From: an uncultured Planctomycetaceae bacterium
GTDB taxonomy: Bacteria > Planctomycetota > Planctomycetia > Pirellulales > PALSA-1355
Direction: 5' to 3'
Length of the DNA: 39,019 bases
Assembly (NCBI GenBank): GCA_964585335.1
Contig: CAZPED010000001.1
Coordinates: 1-39,019, forward strand
A program made the position numbers and the translations under genes. Of this stretch, positions 1 to 9,237 are shown piece after piece. Each line of letters opens with the position of its first letter. The stretch's first letter is position 1. The notes under the pieces were generated by a model that did no database searches, was not told where the DNA came from, and saw only the letters and a program-made list of their open reading frames with translations.

Positions 1-218
1 ACACGTATGCCGAGCGGCTGCAATCGCTGATCGAGGCCAAAGTGGCCGGCCGCGAAATCGTCGGCGCCCCGCCTAAGGAGGAGCCGCCGGTGATCAACCT
101 GATGGATGCGCTCAAGCAGAGCATTGCCCGCAAGGAAAAGCCCGCCAAACGGATCACGAAGCGGCCGGCTGCCAAGTCGGTCAAAAAACGGCACCCGAGC
201 AAACGTCACACGGCTTGA
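1..218 (+). CDS. ku: Ku-type DNA end-binding protein, C-terminal fragment (5' end outside window)
   Basis: Reading frame 3 is open from the window edge to TGA at 216-218. It is missing from the ORF track because it has no start. The translation TYAERLQSLIEAKVAGREIVGAPPKEEPPVINLMDALKQSIARKEKPAKRITKRPAAKSVKKRHPSKRHTA has the typical bacterial Ku C-terminus: LIEAK..G.EIV, a Pro/Glu linker, V.NLMDALK.S, then a Lys/Arg-rich tail. Confidence 0.65.
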   Translation, partial: TYAERLQSLIEAKVAGREIVGAPPKEEPPVINLMDALKQSIARKEKPAKRITKRPAAKSVKKRHPSKRHTA

Positions 219-268
219 TTGTGCGTTAAACGGCTATTTTGGGGCAGTTCAACTACCAGCGCCGGCTT

Positions 269-284
269 TGGCGCGGCGTTTGCA
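269..284 (+). promoter_or_regulatory. candidate sigma-54 (-24/-12) promoter, TGGCGCGGCGTTTGCA
   Basis: GG at 270-271 and GC at 282-283 are separated by exactly 10 nt, and the -12 element is TTGCA. The box lies 50 nt upstream of the ATG at 334. Confidence 0.45.
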
Positions 285-333
285 ATTTACCAGCGGCACC
301 CTGTTCTGATCACTCAGTCCGGAGACCGCCACG

Positions 334-543
334 ATGATTGCCTCTCAGCGCAGCACGACTCGTTCCAAGACCTCGCCCGACCGCGTCGACCCTTCCCCCG
401 CGATGATTCGCCGCCGGGCCGCCGCCATCCAACGCCAGTGGAGCCAGCATACGCGGATCAAGCGAGCGGGCGGGGCGGAAGACTTTCGGGCAGTGATCGA
501 ACTGCCCTCGCAACCGAGTCGGCGCGGTTTTAGCGTCGAGTAG
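334..543 (+). CDS. small basic hypothetical protein (69 aa) with I-x-R-R-x3-I-x3-W-[ST]-x3-R-x2-R motif
   Basis: GGAGA lies about 10 nt upstream of the ATG, and third-position GC is high by eye. It shares a motif with the ORF at 18710-18904, and both follow a sigma-54-like box. The internal ATG at 403 is an alternative start. Confidence 0.4.
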   Translation: MIASQRSTTRSKTSPDRVDPSPAMIRRRAAAIQRQWSQHTRIKRAGGAEDFRAVIELPSQPSRRGFSVE

Positions 544-567
544 TCCGCCAGTTCTCAACGAAAGGAC

Positions 568-1098
568 ATGGCCATGCAACGCCCAGATCAGGCCAATTTA
601 CCGATTCGCGTTGGTGTCTTCGACTCGGTCCAAGAGGCCGACGCCGCCGTCGCCGAACTGCTGGCCGCGGGCTTCACCCAGGACGAAATCACGGTGATTT
701 GCTCGCGCGAAGCGGTCCAAAAGCATTTCGCCCGCTTCGAACACCAGGACCCCGCGGGAGCGCATACGCCAGCCGCGGTGGCCACGGGCGGAGCCATTGG
801 CGCGACCCTGGGCGGGCTGGCCGTGTTGGCGGGTGCCGCCACCGTGGGCGGCGCCGTGCTGTTGGTTGCCGGAGGCTTGGCGCTGTGGACCGGCGGAGTC
901 GTCGGCGGTTTGGTCGGAGCCATGATGACCCGCGGCGTCGAGAAGGAACTTGCCAACTATTACGACCAGGCCGTCTCGCAAGGTCGGGTGCTCGTGGCCG
1001 TCGAAGAGACCGCCACGGACCGCAAGCAACTGCTCGCGCGGGCCGAGACCATCCTGGCGTCACACGGCGTAGATCCGCTACCGCTGCCGGAAGCCTGA
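568..1098 (+). CDS. YflT-like general stress protein with central glycine-zipper transmembrane segment
   Basis: The N-terminus RVGVFDSVQEADAAVAELLAAGFTQDEITVI and the C-terminus YYDQAVSQGRVLVAVE resemble the repeated YflT/DUF1269-type stress domain. A Gly/Ala-rich hydrophobic core lies between them. AAGGA precedes the start. Confidence 0.55.
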   Translation: MAMQRPDQANLPIRVGVFDSVQEADAAVAELLAAGFTQDEITVICSREAVQKHFARFEHQDPAGAHTPAAVATGGAIGATLGGLAVLAGAATVGGAVLLVAGGLALWTGGVVGGLVGAMMTRGVEKELANYYDQAVSQGRVLVAVEETATDRKQLLARAETILASHGVDPLPLPEA

Positions 1099-1206
1099 CC
1101 GCCGCCGTCTTGCACCCGGATTCATCCTGACCACGCTGGGCAAATTGGTGCCAGGGGGATGAATTCGGCTCGAAAAAACCGGGGTGAGCGGCCCTCTCAA
1201 GCCATT

Positions 1207-1222
1207 CGGCACGCGGTCTGCT
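1207..1222 (+). promoter_or_regulatory. candidate sigma-54 promoter, CGGCACGCGGTCTGCT
   Basis: GGCACG is exact at -24. GG (1208-1209) and GC (1220-1221) are 10 nt apart, with TGC at -12. The box lies 54 nt upstream of the ATG at 1276. Confidence 0.5.
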
Positions 1223-1275
1223 CATAACCCAAGTCGCACATCCTGTCTCACACGTCCCATCGAAGGAGTGTCGCT

Positions 1276-1569
1276 ATGAACCTGTTTGCCGAATTAGTGT
1301 TGAGCCCCGGCGGCGTGCTCTCGTGGATCGTCGTAGGCTTGATTGCCGGGTGGCTGGCCGGTCTGACCATGAGCGGCGGCGGCTACGGCATTGTCCGTGA
1401 CATCTTGTTGGGCCTGGCCGGTGCGCTCGTGGGTGGTTTTGTCTCTGGGTTCTTCATTGCTGGCGACGCCGGCTTTTGGGGCAGCCTGGTCATTGCCGCG
1501 CTCGGCGCCTGCCTGTTGATCGGCATTTCGCGGTTGCTCATTCCTGGACATCGCGCGCCGCGACTGTAA
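1276..1569 (+). CDS. GlsB/YeaQ/YmgE family stress-response membrane protein (transglycosylase-associated)
   Basis: 97 aa with a GAAGGAG Shine-Dalgarno. Typical family sequence: WIVVGLIAGWLAG....GGYGIVRDILLGLAGALVGGF. Confidence 0.85.
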   Translation: MNLFAELVLSPGGVLSWIVVGLIAGWLAGLTMSGGGYGIVRDILLGLAGALVGGFVSGFFIAGDAGFWGSLVIAALGACLLIGISRLLIPGHRAPRL

Positions 1570-1620
1570 GCTGGCTGCCAGGCACCCATACCCGAGGTAA
1601 CGCGAGCCGAATTCAAGCTG

Positions 1621-3504
1621 ATGTTCTCGTTTACCAAGCAGACCGCCCAGCGGCGCCTCCCCATTGGCGCTGAGATGCAGCCCGGGGGAGGCGCCCATGT
1701 TCGCGTATGGGCGCCGCGTTGCCGCCGAGTTGCCTGCGTGCTGCCGCACGCCGACGTGGCAGTGGAGCTCTCCGCCGAAGAGGGCGGCTACCACAGCGGC
1801 CTGGTGCCCGCAGCCAAGGCCGGTCAGCGCTACGGGTTTCGCCTCGACGATCAAGAGCGGCTCTATCCCGACCCTGCCTCGCGCTATCAGCCCGAGGGGC
1901 CACACGGTCTTTCGCAACTGGTCGACCCAGCCAGTTTTGAGTGGCGCGATGGCAACTGGCGGGGCGCCGCCCTGCCCGGCCAGGTGATCTACGAACTGCA
2001 CGTCGGCACGTTCACGCCCGAGGGAACCTGGAGCGCGGCGCTCGTCAAGCTGCCCCACCTGGTGGACCTGGGCATCACGCTGATCGAAGTGATGCCGGTG
2101 GCCGACTTCGCGGGCGGCTTTGGCTGGGGCTACGACGGCGTCAACCTGTTTGCCCCCACCCGGCTATACGGCACACCCGATGACTTTCGCCGGTTCGTGG
2201 AGGCGGCTCACCTGGCGGGCCTGGGTGTGATTCTGGACGTGGTTTACAACCACTTTGGACCGGTGGGCAACTACCTGGGACAGTTCTCGACGCACTATCA
2301 ATCGCAAAAGCATCAGACCGATTGGGGCGACGCCATTAACTACGACGCCGACGAGTGCCACGGCGTCCGCGAGATGATGATCGCCAACGCCGGCTATTGG
2401 ATCGACGAGTTCCACATCGACGGCCTGCGGCTCGACGCCGTGCACGCCATCGTCGACGATTCGCCCGATCACGTTCTGTCGGCCATCGGTCGCCAGGTGC
2501 GCAGTGCTGCGGGCGACCGCCAGACGCTCGTATTTGCCGAGAACGAACAACAGCAAACTCGCTTGCTGCGCGCGGCCGATCAGGGTGGCTACGGCCTCGA
2601 CGCGGCCTGGAACGACGACTTCCACCACGCGGCCCGCGTGGCGATGACCGGACACAACGAGTACTACTACAGCGACTATCAGGGTACGCCGCAGGAATTG
2701 ATTTCGGCCCTGCGCTGGGGCTACTTGTACCAAGGACAGTGGAATCATCGCCAACGGCGTTTTCGCGGCGCGCCGGCGCTCGACCTCGAGGCCCGCCAAT
2801 TCGTCGTCTTTTTGCAGAATCACGATCAGGTGGGGAACTCGCCGCAAGGCAAGCGGTTGCCCGAGCTGACTTCGCCGGGCCGGTATCGCGCGATGACGGC
2901 GCTCTTGCTGCTCTCGCCGGGCACTCCACTGCTCTTTCAGGGACAGGAGTTTGCCGCCAGCGCGCCGTTCGTCTACTTTGCCGACCATGAACCCGACCTG
3001 AGCGCCCTGGTGCGCGAGGGCCGCATGAACGAGCTGCGGCATTTTCGCCGACTGGCCGGCTCGAACGGCCTGGCCCACTTCGACGATCCTTGCGACGGCG
3101 CGACGTTCGAAAAGTGCAAGCTCGACTGGCAAGAGCTCGACGCGCACTGTCAGCACTACGCGCTGCACCGCGATTTGCTGCGACTGCGCCGCGACGATCC
3201 GGTGTTCGCCGCACAGCGTGCCGAGAGGATTCATGGCGCGGTCATCGCCCCCGAGGCCTTCTTGCTGCGCTACCTGGGCGACGATGGCGACGACCGATTG
3301 CTGCTGGTCAACCTGGGTCGCGACCTGGATTGGCGACCGATCACCGAACCGCTGCTGTCGCCGCCGCAGGACAGCGAATGGCAGATTATCTGGTCGAGCG
3401 AAGATCCATGCTACGGCGGACTGGGCACGGCGCCGCTCGACGTGCGCGGCTGGTACTTGCACGGCCATGCCGCCGTGGTGCTGGCAGCCCAGCGGACGAG
3501 CTAG
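1621..3504 (+). CDS. treZ: malto-oligosyltrehalose trehalohydrolase (GH13)
   Basis: Carries RRLPIGAE..HVRVWAP, PDPASRYQPEGPHGLSQLVD, IYELHVGTFTPEGTW and GWGYDGVNLFAP. GH13 regions DVVYNH, GLRLDAVHA, FAENE and QNHDQ are all present. Confidence 0.85.
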   Translation: MFSFTKQTAQRRLPIGAEMQPGGGAHVRVWAPRCRRVACVLPHADVAVELSAEEGGYHSGLVPAAKAGQRYGFRLDDQERLYPDPASRYQPEGPHGLSQLVDPASFEWRDGNWRGAALPGQVIYELHVGTFTPEGTWSAALVKLPHLVDLGITLIEVMPVADFAGGFGWGYDGVNLFAPTRLYGTPDDFRRFVEAAHLAGLGVILDVVYNHFGPVGNYLGQFSTHYQSQKHQTDWGDAINYDADECHGVREMMIANAGYWIDEFHIDGLRLDAVHAIVDDSPDHVLSAIGRQVRSAAGDRQTLVFAENEQQQTRLLRAADQGGYGLDAAWNDDFHHAARVAMTGHNEYYYSDYQGTPQELISALRWGYLYQGQWNHRQRRFRGAPALDLEARQFVVFLQNHDQVGNSPQGKRLPELTSPGRYRAMTALLLLSPGTPLLFQGQEFAASAPFVYFADHEPDLSALVREGRMNELRHFRRLAGSNGLAHFDDPCDGATFEKCKLDWQELDAHCQHYALHRDLLRLRRDDPVFAAQRAERIHGAVIAPEAFLLRYLGDDGDDRLLLVNLGRDLDWRPITEPLLSPPQDSEWQIIWSSEDPCYGGLGTAPLDVRGWYLHGHAAVVLAAQRTS

Positions 3505-3620
3505 AGCCCGGCGCGTCCCCGAACAAGACGATTGACGCCAGGCCAAGCCATCGGCTAGGAACATAGCGTGTAGATCGTTGCCGAACGGCAGTTCCCAGTT
3601 CTTCGCGAGGGCCCTGGCGC

Positions 3621-6600
3621 GTGATGGCGAAATCTGCCTCCCCGACCCGAGTGGACGCCGATGCCGAGGCGGTGCTCGGCGTCGATCCACTCTGGTACAA
3701 AGATGCCGTTATCTATCAGCTGCACGTGCGGTCGTTTCGCGATAGCGACGCTGACGGTATTGGAGATTTTCCGGGGCTGACGCAAAAGCTCGACTACCTG
3801 CAAGACCTCGGCGTCACGGCACTGTGGTTATTGCCGTTCTATCCCTCGCCGCTGCGCGACGATGGCTACGATATTTCGAGCTACACCGAGGTGAACCCCG
3901 CCTACGGCGACCTGCGCGATTTCAAGGCCTTCATACGCGAGGCCCACGCTCGCGGGCTGAGGGTCATCACCGAACTGGTCATCAACCACACCTCGGACCA
4001 GCACCCCTGGTTCCAGCGGGCGCGGCATGCCAAGCCCGGCAGTCCGGAGCGAGACTTCTACGTCTGGAGCGACACGCCCGAGAAGTACGCCGATGCCCGG
4101 ATTATTTTCAAGGACTTCGAGGTTTCGAACTGGGCCTGGGACCCACTGGCCAAAGCCTATTACTGGCATCGATTCTACGCGCATCAGCCCGATTTGAATT
4201 TCGATAACCCGCGCGTGCAAAAAGCCGTGCTCGACGTGCTCGACTACTGGCTGAAGCTGGGCGTCGACGGTTTGCGGCTGGACGCGGTGCCCTACCTGTA
4301 TGAGCGCGAAGGGACGAACTGCGAGAACCTGCCCGAGACACACGGCTTTCTCAAGCAGCTGCGCAGCCATGTCGATCGGTATTTTGCCGGCCGCATGCTG
4401 TTGGCCGAAGCCAACCAGTGGCCCGAGGATGCGATCGCCTATTTCGGCGAAGGCGACGAATGCCACACGGCGTTTCACTTTCCGGTGATGCCGCGACTAT
4501 TCATGGCGATTCACATGGAAGACCGCTTCCCGATTGTCGACATCTTGCAGCAGACTCCGGCCATACCGGCCGACTGCCAATGGCTGATCTTTCTGCGCAA
4601 TCACGATGAATTGACGCTCGAGATGGTCACCGATGAAGAACGCGACTACATGTACCGCGTTTATGCCCGCGACCGCCAGGCGCGCATCAACCTCGGCATT
4701 CGCCGCCGCCTGGCGCCGCTCTTGGGCAACAATCGCCGCAAGATCGAGCTGATGAACGGCCTGCTCTGCTCGCTACCCGGCACGCCGGTCATTTATTACG
4801 GCGACGAGATCGGCATGGGCGACAACATCTACCTGGGCGACCGCCACGGCGTGCGCACGCCGATGCAATGGAGCCCCGACCGCAACGCGGGATTTTCCAG
4901 CGCGAACCCACAGCGGCTGTACTCGCCCGTGATTATCGACTCCGAGTACTTGTTCGAGACAGTGAACGTCGAAACGCAGCAGAAGAATCCCTCGTCGCTG
5001 CTCTGGTGGATGCGGCGGCTGATCGCCTTGCGCCAGCACTACGTGGCCTTGCGCCGCGGCACGCTCGAAGTGCTCTCGCCCGAAAACTCCAAGATCCTGG
5101 CCTTCATCCGCGAACACAGCGATCAATGCGTGCTGATGGTGGCCAACCTCTCGCGGTTCGTGCAGTTCGTCGAGCTGGACCTGAGCCGATTCGCCGGACG
5201 CCGGCCGCTGGAAATCTTCGGCCAGACCGCCTTTCCGGCGATCGGCAAGACGCCCTACGTGCTGACGCTCGCGCCCCACGCGTTTTATTGGTTCGCGCTG
5301 GAAGGCGAAGTAGCGGCCGTGGTGCCGGCCGCGGGCGTCGAGTTGCCGCTCATTAAGGCTGACCCGGCGGCCGACTGGCGGCCGCTACTGCAAGGCCGCC
5401 AGCGGCGGTCGTTCGAGGCCCTGCTGCGACGCGAGCTGCCGCAACGCAACTGGTTCCAGGGCAACGGCCGGCAGATCCAGGCGGTTCATCTATTCGATGC
5501 CGTTCCGCTCGACCGCTCGGAGCCGCACAACCCCTGCCTGACGATTCTCAGGGTCGACTATCTCGAAGGCGAACCCGAGGGCTACCTGTTGCCCCTGTCG
5601 ATCGTCGGCGACGGCCAGGCGGAACCCGCGCCGCTGCCGGGCTCGACGCCGCTGGCGCGGACCCAGAAGGCAGGCGCCAAGGAATCGTCGCTCGTGGTCG
5701 ACGCCGCGTTCGACCCGATCGCCGCGGCGAAGCTGCTCGAGGTGATGGCCGGGCGGCGACGTTTGAAAGGCGCGCACGGCCACCTGATCGGCTGGTCGGA
5801 GCCGGAATTGAACGATCTGGTCGATTCTGGCGCGGAGCTGCGCGCGGCGCCCACGCGGGTCGACGAGCCCGACAGCTACCTGGTCTATGGCGACCGGCTG
5901 CTGCTGACGCTGTATCGGCGGTTGGAAAGCGGCATTCATCCCGACCTGGAGCTGAGCCGTTTTCTTTCGCGTCCCGAGGCTCGCTTTACCCATGCCCCGC
6001 GGCTGCTCGGGGCGCTCGAGTATCGCAGCGAGGCCGACGAAGGCATCACGATCGGCGTGCTGCACGACTATCAGCCCCACTCGGTCGTGGGCTGGCAATT
6101 CGCGCAAGACTCGCTCGCGCGCTTTTGCGAGCAGGTGATGGCCCTGCCGGCCGACGCCCGGCCAGCCACTGACCCTGCCGCGCAATCGTCGCTATGGGAC
6201 CTCGCCGCCGGGCAGGCCCCCTCCCAGGCCAAAGAACTGCTCGGAGGCGTACTCGAGTGGACGGCGCTGCTGGGGCGTCGCACGGGCGAGCTGCATTTGG
6301 CGCTCACGGCCGACCAGGTCGATCCGGCCTTCGCACCCGAACCGTTCACGCAGTTCCACCAGCGTTCGCTTTATCAATCGTCGCGCAAGCTGGCGCTGCA
6401 AACCTTGCAGAAGCTGCGGGCGCGAATCAAGTCGTTGCCGGGCGAGGTCGAAGCGCTCGCGCTCGACGTGCTGGGGCGCGAGCGGCCACTGCTCGACAAG
6501 TTGCGGCAGATCGTCGGCCCCAAAATCGTGGCCACGCGCATTCGCTGCCACGGCAACCTGCACCTGGGCCACGTGCTCTACACGGGCAAGGACTTTATGT

Positions 6601-7007
6601 TCATCGACTTTGGCGGCGAGCCCACGCTGCCGCTTTCTGCCCGCCGCATCAAGCGCAACGCCATCGACGACCTGGCCGGCATGGTCCACTCTTTTCAATA
6701 CGCCGCCTCGCAAATGCTCACGCAGCTGCCCAAGCTGGGCATCACCGCGCCCGACGCCGTGGCCGCCTGGCACAAGGCTTCCCAGTTTTGGGCACTGTGG
6801 AGCGGTTCGGCCTTTTTGCGATCCTATGCCACGACCACGGCCGGCAGCGGGTTGCTGCCCAAGAGCCGCGCGCAGTGGGACCTGCTCTTGCAGTTCTACC
6901 TGCTCGAAGAAGCGATTTACGAGCTGCGCTACAACCTTTCGTCGGCCGCCGACCAGGTGGCGGTGCCCCTGGGACGGATCGCGCAACTGCTCGATGCCAC
7001 GCCGTAG
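3621..7007 (+). CDS. treS: trehalose synthase (maltose alpha-D-glucosyltransferase) fused to maltokinase (Pep2/Mak)
   Basis: The N-terminus DPLWYKDAVIYQLHVRSFRDSDADGIGDF...LLPFYPSPLRDDGYDIS...INHTSDQHPWF is the TreS signature. The roughly 450-aa C-terminal extension has a kinase-like region (HGNLHLGHVL....DFMFIDFGGEP). The track start is GTG at 3621, and ATG follows at 3624. Confidence 0.85.
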   Translation: MMAKSASPTRVDADAEAVLGVDPLWYKDAVIYQLHVRSFRDSDADGIGDFPGLTQKLDYLQDLGVTALWLLPFYPSPLRDDGYDISSYTEVNPAYGDLRDFKAFIREAHARGLRVITELVINHTSDQHPWFQRARHAKPGSPERDFYVWSDTPEKYADARIIFKDFEVSNWAWDPLAKAYYWHRFYAHQPDLNFDNPRVQKAVLDVLDYWLKLGVDGLRLDAVPYLYEREGTNCENLPETHGFLKQLRSHVDRYFAGRMLLAEANQWPEDAIAYFGEGDECHTAFHFPVMPRLFMAIHMEDRFPIVDILQQTPAIPADCQWLIFLRNHDELTLEMVTDEERDYMYRVYARDRQARINLGIRRRLAPLLGNNRRKIELMNGLLCSLPGTPVIYYGDEIGMGDNIYLGDRHGVRTPMQWSPDRNAGFSSANPQRLYSPVIIDSEYLFETVNVETQQKNPSSLLWWMRRLIALRQHYVALRRGTLEVLSPENSKILAFIREHSDQCVLMVANLSRFVQFVELDLSRFAGRRPLEIFGQTAFPAIGKTPYVLTLAPHAFYWFALEGEVAAVVPAAGVELPLIKADPAADWRPLLQGRQRRSFEALLRRELPQRNWFQGNGRQIQAVHLFDAVPLDRSEPHNPCLTILRVDYLEGEPEGYLLPLSIVGDGQAEPAPLPGSTPLARTQKAGAKESSLVVDAAFDPIAAAKLLEVMAGRRRLKGAHGHLIGWSEPELNDLVDSGAELRAAPTRVDEPDSYLVYGDRLLLTLYRRLESGIHPDLELSRFLSRPEARFTHAPRLLGALEYRSEADEGITIGVLHDYQPHSVVGWQFAQDSLARFCEQVMALPADARPATDPAAQSSLWDLAAGQAPSQAKELLGGVLEWTALLGRRTGELHLALTADQVDPAFAPEPFTQFHQRSLYQSSRKLALQTLQKLRARIKSLPGEVEALALDVLGRERPLLDKLRQIVGPKIVATRIRCHGNLHLGHVLYTGKDFMFIDFGGEPTLPLSARRIKRNAIDDLAGMVHSFQYAASQMLTQLPKLGITAPDAVAAWHKASQFWALWSGSAFLRSYATTTAGSGLLPKSRAQWDLLLQFYLLEEAIYELRYNLSSAADQVAVPLGRIAQLLDATP

Positions 7008-7032
7008 CCGGCACTCGGCTGTGTCGCGCCGG

Positions 7033-7035
<3 letters not shown>
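7005..7035. terminator. stop-to-stop inverted repeat TAGCCGGC-N15-GCCGGCTA between convergent treS-mak and glgX
   Basis: A perfect 8-bp inverted repeat. Its left arm begins with the treS-mak TAG (7005-7007). Its right arm ends with the complement of the glgX TAG (7033-7035). No U-tract follows, so terminator function is uncertain. Confidence 0.3.
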
Positions 7036-9180
<2,145 letters not shown>

Positions 9181-9237
9181 GCAGCGTCCAGAATGACAAG
9201 TGATGGGAGTTGTTGAGAGGTTCGCAATTGCCCCGAC

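Noticed and set aside
259-288. GCGCC-GGCTTT-GGCGC hairpin followed by GTTTGCAATTT, read as a ku terminator
   Set aside because: The stem is only 5 bp and the T-tract is poor. The same bases fit the sigma-54 box at 269-284 better.
1294-3690. Long minus-strand ORFs (1294-2058, 2164-3690, 2336-3214) opposite treZ
   Set aside because: These are shadow ORFs antisense to a gene with unmistakable GH13/TreZ motifs. Their translations are Arg/Ala/Pro-rich with no recognisable domains.
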